From Cyanobacteriota bacterium (GTDB taxonomy: Bacteria > Cyanobacteriota > Cyanobacteriia > Cyanobacteriales > Nostocaceae), in the NCBI GenBank assembly GCA_046045965.1, contig JBJOKS010000015.1, positions 61,474 through 125,473 of the forward strand: 64,000 nt of DNA. Direction: 5' to 3'. Both the position numbers and the translations under genes were made by a program. The first letter of the stretch is position 1; each line of letters begins with the position of its first letter. Shown here one piece after another: positions 27,894-38,699 of the stretch. The notes under the pieces were generated by a model. The model ran no database searches and was not told the DNA's origin. It was given only the letters and a program-made list of their open reading frames with translations.

Positions 27894-28546
27894 CTGTTCT
27901 CCAGAAAATTAAATTGGGCTTTATCGTCTTTTTAGTCAAACCAGAGGATAATCCCACAAGACATCAGAGACTGCTGATTTAGCATTAGCTAGTGTTTTGC
28001 TCGCGCTCAGTTGTTCATCCTTACCTACATCAAACAGGAAAGAAAAACTTAAGCTGAATAGCTTTAGCAGACACCCCTTGATTATATGCAAAATTACAGA
28101 ATATTTTCCTCATAAGTTCACAATAACTTTATAGAGAAAAATTGCCTAGTTATTTACTTCAGTATCTTTAGTGACCTATCTATTAAGTAAAAGTTCAATT
28201 TAAATTAGTTAAATTGAAATTCTTATTGAGTATGAAAATAGACTGTAAAATTGATAGCACCTGTATTTCACTTTGCTAACAGAATATGAAAAATTGCTAT
28301 AAAACCTCATAAATAAATAGCTATATCCCCTCATAGGTTGTAAAAATTGCTAAATAAATATTACTTGAATTGCAATGGTACTTAGTTAGTTTGTAAAGAA
28401 GTGATATGATACTTGCTCAACCCAATCTATTTTAAGCATAATATTTGACGTAGCTATATTGGTGCTATATATGTAATGTACTATAATACATAGTTAGATC
28501 ATTATTTAACAAGCATCTAGCGGGTTTTACTCCTGAACTGCAGTTG

Positions 28547-28650
28547 ACGGCAGTTGCTACAAGTCGGGGAACCCGCCCAACGCACTGCCTCCTTTATGCC
28601 GGGAAACCCGTCCACCGCACTGCCTCCTCCTGACTCCTGACTCCTGACTC
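28547..28650. repeat. Two small GC-rich hairpin repeats inserted into a (CTCCTGA)n STRR
   Basis: GTCGGGGAACCCGCCCAACGCACTGCCTCC and GCCGGGAAACCCGTCCACCGCACTGCCTCC in tandem, then CTCCTGA repeats. Confidence 0.7.
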
Positions 28651-28673
28651 TTGACACCGGATACCTGACTTCT

Positions 28674-29876
28674 ATGGATTTTGATTATTTCCGCAGTAAC
28701 GACAATAATTCCGATAATAACAATCGACAAAACCTCCTAGCTAGTGGTTGGCGACCATTTCAGCGTGATTTTGATTGGGAATATTTCCAGCAGCTAATAT
28801 TTAATGATACTCAAGAGTTAAGCCAAAGAAGTATTAATTTAGTCAGCTTTTATGCAGATGCTTTAGCTAGAAAAGATTATGCTTGGTGGGCAAATATAAT
28901 AAATTTAGCTTCTGACTATACTCGTGGAGAATTCCAAAAATTTTGGAACTTTATTACACCAGATGCACTCACACCTGATTATCGTTACAAAGACGTTTTA
29001 AGTACAGAAACTCCAATTGTCCAATTTGTCAATCGTAACAGCATTCCTATTGATTATGTACTGAATTTGTTACAAGAAATCGCGGTTTTGAGAGTTTTAC
29101 GTTTATTGGAACGTCCTGATATCATCACCCAATATTACTCAGAGAGAGATTTCTATTTCCCTGTAGAAAAATTTGTGAGTTGGGAACGTTTAGATGTCAT
29201 CAATACCGTTTATGCTTACTGGTCTAAAAATGATATTTGGTTACAAATTGATCCCTATGATCGGGGACGAAGACAATATACTTTAATGGCGAAAAATTTA
29301 GCTCCATTAATTAATAAAGCCACTTATGATTTAGCAGTGATGTTAAGTGGATATCAAAGTCGTGTTGGTAAGGTACATAATCAATTTCCTATTCGCACAT
29401 TTACCCAAGAAATTCAAGATTTTACTGATTCAGTTCAGCAAGCAATTCTCAATCAAAACCAATTAGCAGTTGTGGTACATGGAGAACCGGGTACAGGTAA
29501 AACAGCATGGACACAATCAGTAGCCAAAGAAATTCTTGTACCTTTAGGCTATGTAATTTTTATTTTGGATCATGATGCCATTACTAACTTTGTACCACCA
29601 AGCTATTTAGAAAGAATTTGTATTATTATCAACGAAGCTGATAACTTAGCTCAAGATAGAGCTTCGGAAGTAGCCCAATATAACAACAAAACTGAACATA
29701 TTTTGGCTTTGTTGGATGGAACTTTGTACCAAAGTGTAATTGATGAATCGGGAGTGCAGATGAAACAGCGTTTAGTGGTATTAATGACTTGTAATACTAC
29801 AGAAAGATTAGATCCCGCTATGTTACGTAAAGGCCGAGTAGACTTAATGTGTGAGTTTACACAACGGTTTGTTTGA
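28674..29876 (+). CDS. AAA+ ATPase domain protein
   Basis: Walker A GEPGTGKT, Walker B variant IIINEAD, SRH TCNTTERLDPAMLRKGRVD. Confidence 0.9.
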   Translation: MDFDYFRSNDNNSDNNNRQNLLASGWRPFQRDFDWEYFQQLIFNDTQELSQRSINLVSFYADALARKDYAWWANIINLASDYTRGEFQKFWNFITPDALTPDYRYKDVLSTETPIVQFVNRNSIPIDYVLNLLQEIAVLRVLRLLERPDIITQYYSERDFYFPVEKFVSWERLDVINTVYAYWSKNDIWLQIDPYDRGRRQYTLMAKNLAPLINKATYDLAVMLSGYQSRVGKVHNQFPIRTFTQEIQDFTDSVQQAILNQNQLAVVVHGEPGTGKTAWTQSVAKEILVPLGYVIFILDHDAITNFVPPSYLERICIIINEADNLAQDRASEVAQYNNKTEHILALLDGTLYQSVIDESGVQMKQRLVVLMTCNTTERLDPAMLRKGRVDLMCEFTQRFV

Positions 29877-29976
29877 GAAATCAGTTTATACAACAACGGA
29901 AACAAAGAGAAAAAATTATCGTCACCTTATTAAGTAAGAATACAAGTGATTACTGTACATATTTGCAGGAGTTTGA

Positions 29977-30468
29977 ATGTTGTTAAATCGTACTTCCATG
30001 AGGACACTGATACTATTGACTTTAGGTAGTTCCATAGCTGTTGCCCAGCCTAACTTACTCCTAGCTCAATCTCCTAAACCAAGCCCAACTCCTACCCAAA
30101 AACCTACTACCAATACAGAGTATCAAGGAGGATTACCCAAAGATTTGAATTTAACGCCTCAGCAGCTGGAGCAAGTTAGAGAAATTCGCAGAAAAAATCC
30201 AGTTAGAGAGCGTATACAAAGGACAAAGGGAGAGCTGCGTCAAGCACAACAAGAATTTTTGAAACTGATGGCCGGGAATGCCTCCGCGGAAGAGGTGCGT
30301 ACAAAACACCGTCAAATCACTAACCTCAGAGAACAACTGGCAAATGCAGAGTTTGAAGATGAGCTACAGATTAGAGAAATTTTAACCGCAACACAACGTC
30401 AAAAGTGGTCTGAACATATACAAAAACGGTTGCCTGCGCCTCCCAACCCCCCAACACAATCAAAATAA
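29977..30468 (+). CDS. Spy/CpxP-family periplasmic protein
   Basis: Signal peptide and two LTxxQ motifs (LNLTPQQ, ILTATQR). Confidence 0.88.
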   Translation: MLLNRTSMRTLILLTLGSSIAVAQPNLLLAQSPKPSPTPTQKPTTNTEYQGGLPKDLNLTPQQLEQVREIRRKNPVRERIQRTKGELRQAQQEFLKLMAGNASAEEVRTKHRQITNLREQLANAEFEDELQIREILTATQRQKWSEHIQKRLPAPPNPPTQSK

Positions 30469-30472
30469 CCCT

Positions 30473-32092
30473 ATGACCTTGCAGACTAAATACTGGGTTT
30501 TGTCACTGTTTCTGTTATTGGGAAGCATTGCTCCTGCTGATGCAGAACCTAAACCAGCAAACCCCAGGGTTCTACATATCATTAATCGTTTGAGCTTTGG
30601 TCCTGCACCTGGGGATATTAAAAAAGTTGAATCTATGGGGATAGATAACTATATCAAACAGCAACTCTCCCCAGATTCCATTCCCGAACCAGAAAGTTTG
30701 ACTCGTCAACTTGCACAAATGAAGACTCTGAATTTAAATTCAGTACAGCTTTGGCAATATGTTGCGACTTTCCGCAGGAAAAAGACACCACAACAGGAAA
30801 AAAAGCCAGGTGCAATTAATCCACCTCGTCAAATCTTCAACGAAGCAGTCCAAGCCAGGTTGTTAAGGGCTACTATGAGTAACCGCCAACTTCAAGAAGT
30901 GATGGTGGACTTTTGGTATAACCATTTCAATGTCGATGCGAATAAAGAAAAAAATCGGATGTGGGTAGGTGCTTATGAACATGAGGCGATTCGTCCTTAT
31001 GCTTTGGGGCGCTTCCGGGATTTATTAGGAGCAACAGCACGCCATCCAGCAATGCTATTGTATTTAGATAACGCCAAAAATAAAGTTACTAATCGTCCTG
31101 GTGTGAATGGGAAAGTTGGGGGTTTAAATGAAAATTATGCCCGTGAGTTGATGGAACTACACACCTTGGGAGTAGATGCTGGTTATACTCAACAGGATGT
31201 GATTGCTTTAGCAAAAATTTTCAGTGGTTGGGGAATTTTTACTGAAAAAAATCCCCAGAATAGTTCTGGCTTTGTATTCAATTCTAAACATCATGATTTG
31301 AGTGACAAAGTTTTTTTAGGACACAAAATTAAAGGTAGTGGTCAAGCTGAGGGTGAAGAAGCTTTAGATATTTTGGCTCGCAATCCGGCTACTGCTCGTC
31401 ATATTAGTTATAAGTTAGCGCAATATTTTGTCAGCGATCGCCCTCCAGAAACTTTAGTCAAAAAACTGTCACAACGATATCTGGCGACTGATGGCAATAT
31501 TCGTGAAGTGCTGAATACTCTATTTCAAAGTTCTGAATTTTGGGATGAGAAAAACTTTAACAGCAAGTTTAAAACACCCTATCAATATGCAATTTCCGTA
31601 GTACGAGCAACAGATATAGAACTGAAGAATACCAGACCAATCACAAAATTTTTTAGTCAGTTGGCTATGCCTCTCTATGAGTGTCCGACACCAGACGGGT
31701 ACAAAAATACTAAAGAAGCTTGGTTAAATCCTGATGCCATGACTCGGCGGCTGAATTTTGCCACTGTTATCGCTAATGGTGGTTTAGGCTTATCTAGCCT
31801 ACCCCCGCAAATAAACCCAGACAAAGTAAAAGTACCAAAACCCAAAACAACCATCCCACCTGCTGATAATGGTAATTTAACCATAGTTAAACCAACACGA
31901 CAAATGAAACCAGGTAAAGCAAAAAACTCCCCATCGAGAAAAGCCAATCAGCTTATACCTGTAGACTATGAACAACTGATCAATACATTGGGTAATGCTT
32001 TTTCTCCTCAAACCCAAAAAGCGATCGCATCAAGTCCACCAAAAATTCGTAGTGGCTTAATCTTAGGTAGTCCTGAATTTATGCAGCGTTAG
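30473..32092 (+). CDS. DUF1800-family exported protein
   Basis: NRLSFGP, DFWYNHFNV, PAMLLYLDN, NENYARELMELHTLG, SPEF. Confidence 0.93.
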   Translation: MTLQTKYWVLSLFLLLGSIAPADAEPKPANPRVLHIINRLSFGPAPGDIKKVESMGIDNYIKQQLSPDSIPEPESLTRQLAQMKTLNLNSVQLWQYVATFRRKKTPQQEKKPGAINPPRQIFNEAVQARLLRATMSNRQLQEVMVDFWYNHFNVDANKEKNRMWVGAYEHEAIRPYALGRFRDLLGATARHPAMLLYLDNAKNKVTNRPGVNGKVGGLNENYARELMELHTLGVDAGYTQQDVIALAKIFSGWGIFTEKNPQNSSGFVFNSKHHDLSDKVFLGHKIKGSGQAEGEEALDILARNPATARHISYKLAQYFVSDRPPETLVKKLSQRYLATDGNIREVLNTLFQSSEFWDEKNFNSKFKTPYQYAISVVRATDIELKNTRPITKFFSQLAMPLYECPTPDGYKNTKEAWLNPDAMTRRLNFATVIANGGLGLSSLPPQINPDKVKVPKPKTTIPPADNGNLTIVKPTRQMKPGKAKNSPSRKANQLIPVDYEQLINTLGNAFSPQTQKAIASSPPKIRSGLILGSPEFMQR

Positions 32093-32186
32093 GCTGGTAA
32101 TTCCTAATTAGGGAATAGGGAATAGATATAAAGTTATTCTCCTCCAATCCCCAATCCCCAATCCCCAATCCCCAGTTCCTTACTTT

Positions 32187-33413
32187 ATGAAAAGACGTGA
32201 TTTCCTGATTCAAACTGGACTATTTTCCACTTCATTGATTACCACTATTGGTACTAATGCTTGGGTTGCTCATTCAGCTACTCCCAACAGCAACCCAAAA
32301 CGCTTAATTGTCATATTTATGAGAGGAGGAGTAGATGGTTTAAACATCGTTGTTCCCTATTCAGAAACAGCCTACTACCAAGCTAGACCAAAAATAGCAA
32401 TTCCCCAACCTGGTAAAGAAGGAGGAGTGATAGATTTAGATGGTCGCTTTGGATTACATCCCGTACTATCTCCCTTAATACCTTTTTGGCAAAAACGCAA
32501 TTTAGCATTTGTTCATGCTTGCGGTTTAACTGACTCAACTCGTTCCCACTTTGATGCTCAAAAATATATGGAAAGTGGGACTCCCGGTAACAATAGGACT
32601 AGAGATGGTTGGATGAATCGTTTACTAGGAGTGATCGCGAAAAAAAACCCTGTGCAAGCAGTGACTGTAGGACAAAACACACCTGGGATTTTGTATGGTC
32701 AAATGCCCATAGCCAATTTACCATCAGGTCCAAATGCTAAACAACGGCTGCTGCTAGATCGTCCTCAAGTCACAACAGCATTTAATCAACTTTACAGTGG
32801 AGAAGATAGCCTCAGTCAAACTTATCGTCAGGGAAGAATGGCACGTGAAGCTATCATGAAAGACTTGGATCAGGAAATGATCATGGCTAACAATGGAGCG
32901 CCTTTACCTGATAGTTTTTCCAGGGATGCGAGTAGATTAGCACAACTAATGGCTAGAGATTCCAGAATTGAATTAGGATTTATGGCTTTAGGTGGTTGGG
33001 ATACTCATGCTAATCAAGGTAGTAGTAAAGGAATATTAGCTAATAATTTAGGCAAATTGGGTAAAGGTTTAGCTACTTTAGTGCAAGGCTTGGGCAATGT
33101 TTATCAAAATACTACCATTGTTGTGATGTCTGAATTTGGTCGCACCGTGCGGCAAAATAATAACGGTGGTACAGATCATGGACATGGTAACGTTGTTTGG
33201 GTTTTGGGTGGTAATGTTAAAGGCGGCAAAGTTTATGGAGAATGGCCTGGTTTATCACCATCTCAACTTTATGAAAAACGAGATTTAGACATCTCTACAG
33301 ATTTTCGTGATGTGATTTCTACAGTGTTGCAACGTCATCTGAATTTAAATACCAGCCAACTCAATCAAATCTTACCCAATTACAAACCTACTCAAAAAAT
33401 AGCATTACTTTAA
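32187..33413 (+). CDS. DUF1501-family protein with Tat signal
   Basis: MKRRDFL, RGGVDGLN, RSHFDAQ, GGWDTH, SEFGRT, GTDHG. Confidence 0.93.
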   Translation: MKRRDFLIQTGLFSTSLITTIGTNAWVAHSATPNSNPKRLIVIFMRGGVDGLNIVVPYSETAYYQARPKIAIPQPGKEGGVIDLDGRFGLHPVLSPLIPFWQKRNLAFVHACGLTDSTRSHFDAQKYMESGTPGNNRTRDGWMNRLLGVIAKKNPVQAVTVGQNTPGILYGQMPIANLPSGPNAKQRLLLDRPQVTTAFNQLYSGEDSLSQTYRQGRMAREAIMKDLDQEMIMANNGAPLPDSFSRDASRLAQLMARDSRIELGFMALGGWDTHANQGSSKGILANNLGKLGKGLATLVQGLGNVYQNTTIVVMSEFGRTVRQNNNGGTDHGHGNVVWVLGGNVKGGKVYGEWPGLSPSQLYEKRDLDISTDFRDVISTVLQRHLNLNTSQLNQILPNYKPTQKIALL

Positions 33414-33571
33414 CAGTTATCAGTTGTAGGGGTTTAATGATCAGCCTCTCTTCTGTTCAGTGAATTTAAAACCAGGTGGAAATTAGCGTAAATCAAAGAT
33501 TTTTGCTACAATGATTTACATAAGTTAATATTCATTGTCCCCCTTGGGCGAATATCTGAGCAAAAACCCCT

Positions 33572-34879
33572 ATGAAGACAGTTCTTAAATCAGAACAAAA
33601 GCAAATCAATAGATTATTTTCTCACCTGGAATTTGATGGTAATAAATTAAATCATCAACCAGGTAGCGTCTTAGGAAGCACTGCTTTGATTGCTGGAACT
33701 ACCATTGGGGCTGGTATTCTTGCCCTACCTGCGGTGACTTTACCATCTGGTATTTTACCATCTACAATTGTCATCATTGCCGTTTGGTTATACACATTAT
33801 TTTCCGGTTTGTTAATTGCAGAAGTTAGTTTAAATGTTATGGGTGCAGAAGGCATTCCCAGTATAGGTTTTCTGGCAATTGTAGAAAAAACATTGGGTAA
33901 AGTGGGAGCGAGAATTGCAGGTGCTACATATTTGTTTATGCACTACGCTCTTTTAGTAGCATATATCAGCAAAGGTGGAGATATTTTAGTATCGGCATTA
34001 ACTAAAATTTCTGGGTTAGACAATATATTAATCTTACCTAATTGGGTAGGAACAACAAGTTTTACACTGTTATTTGGGGGGATTTTGTATTTAGGAAAAG
34101 AAAGATTTATTCAGAAATTAAATAGTGCCTTTGTGGCAATTGTCATTACTTCTTTTCTAGGATTATTATTGTTAGGATCAGGACAAGTAAAAAGCGAACA
34201 ATTACTATTTCAAAATTGGAATGCTGTTGGTAGTGCAGTTTCTGTGATATGTGTAGCTCTTTTCTATCATAATGTCGTGCCTGTAGTGGTGACACAACTA
34301 GAAGGAGATATATCGAAAATTAGAAAATCAATTATCATTGGTTCGGGAATTCCCCTGATCATGTTCTTGGCTTGGAATGCTGTTATTTTAGGCAGCGTTA
34401 GTTCTGATATGCTACAGAATACTTCACAAATTAGTAATGTTTTTGATCCCTTACAAATTCTGCGTTCAGGTGGAGCAGGAGAATTATTAGGATTAGTATT
34501 AACTATTTTTTCAGAGTTTGCAATTATCACCTCATTCATCGGTTTTGTGTATGGGTTGGTAGATTTTTTCAAAGATATTTCCCGCATTACCAAAGGTGAA
34601 ATTTCTCGTTTACCTATTTTCTCTCTTGTTCTGTTTCCACCAATGAGTTTAGGCACAATAAACCCCAGCATCTTTTTTACTGCTTTAGACTATACGGGAA
34701 TCTTCAGTATTTCGGTTTTAGGGGGAATTATTCCCGCAATTATGAGTTGGCAACAACGAAACCAACAAAAATTAACAAATGGTATTTATCAATCTCTGAT
34801 ACCAGGTGGTAAAATCACGTTAACTGTAATGATTACAGTCGCATTAGCTCTAATAGGAAAACAAATTTTATCAATTTAA
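33572..34879 (+). CDS. Aromatic amino acid permease (TyrP/Mtr family)
   Basis: LIAGTTIGAGILALP and ~11 TMs. Confidence 0.9.
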   Translation: MKTVLKSEQKQINRLFSHLEFDGNKLNHQPGSVLGSTALIAGTTIGAGILALPAVTLPSGILPSTIVIIAVWLYTLFSGLLIAEVSLNVMGAEGIPSIGFLAIVEKTLGKVGARIAGATYLFMHYALLVAYISKGGDILVSALTKISGLDNILILPNWVGTTSFTLLFGGILYLGKERFIQKLNSAFVAIVITSFLGLLLLGSGQVKSEQLLFQNWNAVGSAVSVICVALFYHNVVPVVVTQLEGDISKIRKSIIIGSGIPLIMFLAWNAVILGSVSSDMLQNTSQISNVFDPLQILRSGGAGELLGLVLTIFSEFAIITSFIGFVYGLVDFFKDISRITKGEISRLPIFSLVLFPPMSLGTINPSIFFTALDYTGIFSISVLGGIIPAIMSWQQRNQQKLTNGIYQSLIPGGKITLTVMITVALALIGKQILSI

Positions 34880-34906
34880 TCCCCATTAAATAGCAATTTC
34901 AATCTT

Positions 34907-35320
34907 ATGAATCCACAATCTCCCTTACAGTTGACTAAAGGGGCAATTCTACGTTTAAGCCTGTTATTTTTGGCAATGTTAGGGTTTATTTTGTGGTTAA
35001 ATCAGTCTGGTTCATTGGAAAATGCCCAACTTTTAGAAACTCTTTATCGTCAGGGAAATTACATTGAGGCAGTATTATGGGGTTTATTTGCATTAGGATT
35101 TATAATCTATAGCTACAAAAAAGATTCTCACATTGCTAAACGTAAAAATCAAATTACAGCATTGATTTTTCTGTTGTTTGGATTATCTGATATTGTCGAA
35201 GTTCAAACTGGAGGATGGTGGAAACCTTGGTGGTTATTTCTCTGGAAAACAAGTTGTGTTTTAGGTTTTATAGTTTGCTTTTGGGATTATTTAAAAAGCC
35301 ATCGTTCAAAAAATTATTAA
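34907..35320 (+). CDS. Hypothetical membrane protein
   Basis: 4 hydrophobic segments; FGLSDIVEVQTGGWWKPWWL. Confidence 0.75.
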   Translation: MNPQSPLQLTKGAILRLSLLFLAMLGFILWLNQSGSLENAQLLETLYRQGNYIEAVLWGLFALGFIIYSYKKDSHIAKRKNQITALIFLLFGLSDIVEVQTGGWWKPWWLFLWKTSCVLGFIVCFWDYLKSHRSKNY

Positions 35321-35354
35321 ATTACCTTTAAGTATTAGTTACTTTAGATGTAAA

Positions 35355-35903
35355 ATGAGTAATTCTCGCTTGGTTAAAATCAGTAAATTTCTGAGTAAAT
35401 ATCTACGTCATACACCAGAAGAAATAGGAATTAAATTAGCTGCTGGTGGTTGGGTTGCTGTGGATGAATTGCTCATAGCTTGTGCTAATTATAAATTTCC
35501 TATTACCTTAGAAGAATTAAAAGAAGTAGTTGCTAATAGCGATAAAAAACGCTTTGCTTTTGATTCTACATTAACTCTGATTCGTGCTAACCAAGGTCAC
35601 AGTACAGAAGTTGATTTACAATTAGAACCTGTTGTACCGAATGATGTACTTTATCACGGAACAGGAAACAAATCTGTAGATGCAATTATGGAAACAGGAC
35701 TTTCTAAAATGTCCCGTCATCATGTACATTTATCATCTGATATTGATACAGCTACAATGGTGGGTGCAAGACATGGAAAACCCATTATTTTTGCTGTGGA
35801 TGCTGGTAAGATGTATGAGGATGGTTACATTTTCTATTGTTCAGATAATGGTGTTTGGTTAGTAGATCATGTACCACCGCAATATTTACATCAAATTTTA
35901 TAA
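35355..35903 (+). CDS. kptA: RNA 2'-phosphotransferase (Tpt1/KptA)
   Basis: SKFLSKYLRH, DKKRF, IRANQGHS, LYHGT, RHHVHLS, NGVWL. Confidence 0.96.
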   Translation: MSNSRLVKISKFLSKYLRHTPEEIGIKLAAGGWVAVDELLIACANYKFPITLEELKEVVANSDKKRFAFDSTLTLIRANQGHSTEVDLQLEPVVPNDVLYHGTGNKSVDAIMETGLSKMSRHHVHLSSDIDTATMVGARHGKPIIFAVDAGKMYEDGYIFYCSDNGVWLVDHVPPQYLHQIL

Positions 35904-35987
35904 GAATAAGTTAAATACTTCTTTCGATAGACTTAATAAATAGATAAAATTACTAATCTATAGATGGAAATTTTCATGGATTAAACT

Positions 35988-36260
35988 ATGAATATTATTG
36001 CTTGGATAATTCTGGGTTTAATTGCTGGAGCGATCGCAAAAGCTATTTATCCTGGTCGTCAAGGTGGCGGAATTATTGCCACAATGGTCTTAGGAATTGT
36101 TGGTGCTTTAATTGGGGGAACTTTAGTAACTTTGTTAGAAACAGGAACATTACAATTTACAGCCGCAACTTTAAGTATTCCGGGGATAATTGTTGCTATT
36201 ATTGGTGCAATGATCGCCATTTTTCTTTGGGGATTATTTACTGGACGTACCAGTCATTAA
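35988..36260 (+). CDS. GlsB/YeaQ/YmgE-family stress membrane protein
   Basis: WIILGLIAGAIAKAIYPG..LGIVGALIGG..AIIGA. Confidence 0.92.
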   Translation: MNIIAWIILGLIAGAIAKAIYPGRQGGGIIATMVLGIVGALIGGTLVTLLETGTLQFTAATLSIPGIIVAIIGAMIAIFLWGLFTGRTSH

Positions 36261-36343
36261 TGGATGCGTGAAGATGTGTTAATGGCTATAGCTGAAATTT
36301 GAGAACCTAAAATTAATAAGCTAAAATTAATTCAGCTATAAAA

Positions 36344-36369
36344 AGGTAATGAGTATTACCCCATTACCT
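36344..36369. terminator. Bidirectional terminator
   Basis: AGGTAATG/CATTACCT hairpin flanked by an A-run and a T-rich run between convergent genes. Confidence 0.55.
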
Positions 36370-36383
36370 ATTTTATTTATTTC

Positions 36384-37151
36384 TTAAACACCAACTTTTT
36401 CTCTTGACCAAACACCTTTATCATCTTCATCAAATTGTTGATGAACCGCATCCCAAGCAGACTGTTCAGCGGTAAATTCGTCACTTGTATCATTGAGTAC
36501 GGAGTTATATCGCTGAATGAACACACGCTGCGCTTCTGCTGATAAATGAGCGCGAACTTCAGGAGACAAGTCTTCTGGACTGTTGCATGGACCAGGACAA
36601 GGATGAGCTAGTGCTTTACCAATGGTATTAATTTCTTCAGCACCAGCACTTTCTAATAGTAGTTGAAATTCTCCACCGCGATCGCTCGGTACTTCTACCA
36701 TTAACAAAAACTCTCCTGCTTGTAACCGGGTTTGATAAAGCGCAGCTTTGTCCTCTGGCATCCCCATAGCAGTAAAAACTGATACTAAACCAGCACCAGC
36801 ACTACCAGCGATCGCACCACTCGCAGCACCCAACAATAAAGCACTAATAGGACCTGCTGCTACAATTGGTCCCACAAAGGGAATAAATAATACACCTACA
36901 CCCGTTAATAAGCTGAGGAATGAACCAAACAAAGAACCAAAAATTGCTCCTGTTCTCAAACCTCCTAAAATTACATCTCGCTTCGTAATAAAACCAGAAA
37001 TTCGCGTTTCTGACTGGAAATTTCTGCCCATTACTGAAATATGATCTTTCGGTACACCTCTATCTAGTAAACGACGAATTACATCATCAATTTGCTTCTG
37101 TTCTTTAAAAATAGCTGAGATTGTACGCTCTGCTTGATATCCTTCTGACAC
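36384..37151 (-). CDS. General stress protein with Gly/Ala-rich hairpin and C-terminal ChaB domain
   Basis: [21 protein letters not shown]-terminal [24 protein letters not shown]. Confidence 0.85.
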   Translation of the reverse strand: MSEGYQAERTISAIFKEQKQIDDVIRRLLDRGVPKDHISVMGRNFQSETRISGFITKRDVILGGLRTGAIFGSLFGSFLSLLTGVGVLFIPFVGPIVAAGPISALLLGAASGAIAGSAGAGLVSVFTAMGMPEDKAALYQTRLQAGEFLLMVEVPSDRGGEFQLLLESAGAEEINTIGKALAHPCPGPCNSPEDLSPEVRAHLSAEAQRVFIQRYNSVLNDTSDEFTAEQSAWDAVHQQFDEDDKGVWSREKVGV

Positions 37152-37200
37152 TTATTTACTCCTTGTATTTTTGCGGGGAATTTATGTTAACAATTATCAA

Positions 37201-37746
37201 CTACACACCCACCGGAACTTTAGTTTCTGCCGTTTGTTGTTTACCATCCGGTTCTAAAGCTTGTCCTTCAATAAATGAGCGCAACATCCAAGCCATTTCT
37301 TCATGTTCTTCCATCAATTCAGTTAAAAAATCAGCAGAACCTTGATCATGAAATTCTTCACTAAACTGGTCTACATGATTTCTTAAATTGCGAATTACCT
37401 GCTCATGATCTTGCACCAATTGAGTTACCATTCCCGTGGCTGTAGGAATTTCCCCACTATGTTCTTTGAGAGTAGCAAGACTCAGAAAACCTTCCATTGT
37501 GCCAGTTGGATAACCACCCAAAGTCCGAATTCTTTCAGCTATTTTATCAATATTTTCCGTCAGTTGTTCATAGTGTTCTTCCCAAAGTTCATGCAAGCTG
37601 CGGAACTGAGGACCAACAACATCCCAATGATATTTTTTCGTTTTTACTAGCAGTACATAAGCATCTGCTAAATCTTGATTTAACAAATTCATCACACCTT
37701 GACGCTGTTCATCTGTCAAACCAATGTTTATTTTATGTACGGTCAT
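37201..37746 (-). CDS. dps: Dps-family DNA-protecting ferritin-like protein
   Basis: KTKKYHWDVVGPQFRSLHELWEE, DKIAERIRTLG, HEEMAWML. Confidence 0.95.
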   Translation of the reverse strand: MTVHKINIGLTDEQRQGVMNLLNQDLADAYVLLVKTKKYHWDVVGPQFRSLHELWEEHYEQLTENIDKIAERIRTLGGYPTGTMEGFLSLATLKEHSGEIPTATGMVTQLVQDHEQVIRNLRNHVDQFSEEFHDQGSADFLTELMEEHEEMAWMLRSFIEGQALEPDGKQQTAETKVPVGV

Positions 37747-37889
37747 TATTTCCCATCCCTATTAGCACGTAAATAACTTCATAAACATAAGTTTTACAAA
37801 TATTGATATATTCCACATCAATCAAAGGTAAGAACCAACTTTACTTACTTTTATCTATTTAGGAATAGGTAAATTATTTATAACAATTA

Positions 37890-37953
37890 AGATCCCCGAC
37901 TTCTTTTTTGTCTTTTCAAGAAATTATGAATTAATCTCAGAAGTTGGGGATCT
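37890..37953. repeat. Inverted-repeat dispersed element
   Basis: AGATCCCCGACTTCT / AGAAGTTGGGGATCT; degenerate relatives at ~15788-15817 and ~16666-16697. Confidence 0.7.
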
Positions 37954-38022
37954 ATGTTTCTAAAATTCCGCAACAAATTCCCACCCCTAAACTCATAATT
38001 ATGAATTATGAATTATGAATTA

Positions 38023-38388
38023 TTATTTGTTGCTACCTGTCATTTTTTCCAAAAAACCTTCTACTTCCTGTTCTACAGAAGTTGCACCTTGTGAATTTTC
38101 GGGAGTCTTCATTTTATCAATATCAGCATCTCCCTGAACTTCATTAAGTCCTCTCCTAGTTTTTTCTTGAGACTCTTTCATTCCTATAGGTGGTTCTTTA
38201 GCTGCTTCATCAGTTTTGCGTTGAGTTTCCAATAGTTGAGTAGGTCCTTCCGTGGGGTCACTTTGATAACTACTGATAGCTAAAGCCGGAAAAGCATTAA
38301 ATAAAAATATGAAAGTACAAGCAAAAGCCACTAATATCAATCTTGATGCTAACTGCAATCTAGATTTAACAAAATCAAGAATTTTCAT
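38023..38388 (-). CDS. Exported hydrophilic stress-associated hypothetical protein
   Basis: Signal peptide (AFPALA), GLNEVQGDADIDKM motif; upstream of dps in the same orientation. Confidence 0.78.
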   Translation of the reverse strand: MKILDFVKSRLQLASRLILVAFACTFIFLFNAFPALAISSYQSDPTEGPTQLLETQRKTDEAAKEPPIGMKESQEKTRRGLNEVQGDADIDKMKTPENSQGATSVEQEVEGFLEKMTGSNK

Positions 38389-38699
38389 TTTTTTATATCT
38401 TTTGGTTGATTTTGTGGTTTAATATATAATATTAATGGAATAAAATATCTGGGAAATCAATCTTGCGATAGAATTAACTTTAACCTTGAATTAAAATACA
38501 ATAACTCTTTAGATAGATAACAATACTCACGAAAAATATCTCTGAAAACTCTTACCTTCGCTTCCTATTCCTTCGGAACGCTACGCGAACGCTCCTTTGT
38601 GGTTCGTTCTTCCGTGTAAACACTTACCCCAAATCGAGATGATCTGTTAATACTGTAAAAGCTCAAATTCCCCTGCTGTGAAATAAATCATAAAACTTT

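Noticed and set aside
28547..28650. Possible mini-CRISPR or sRNA
   Set aside because: Two adjacent degenerate units without a unique spacer, embedded in an STRR; best explained as small dispersed repeats.
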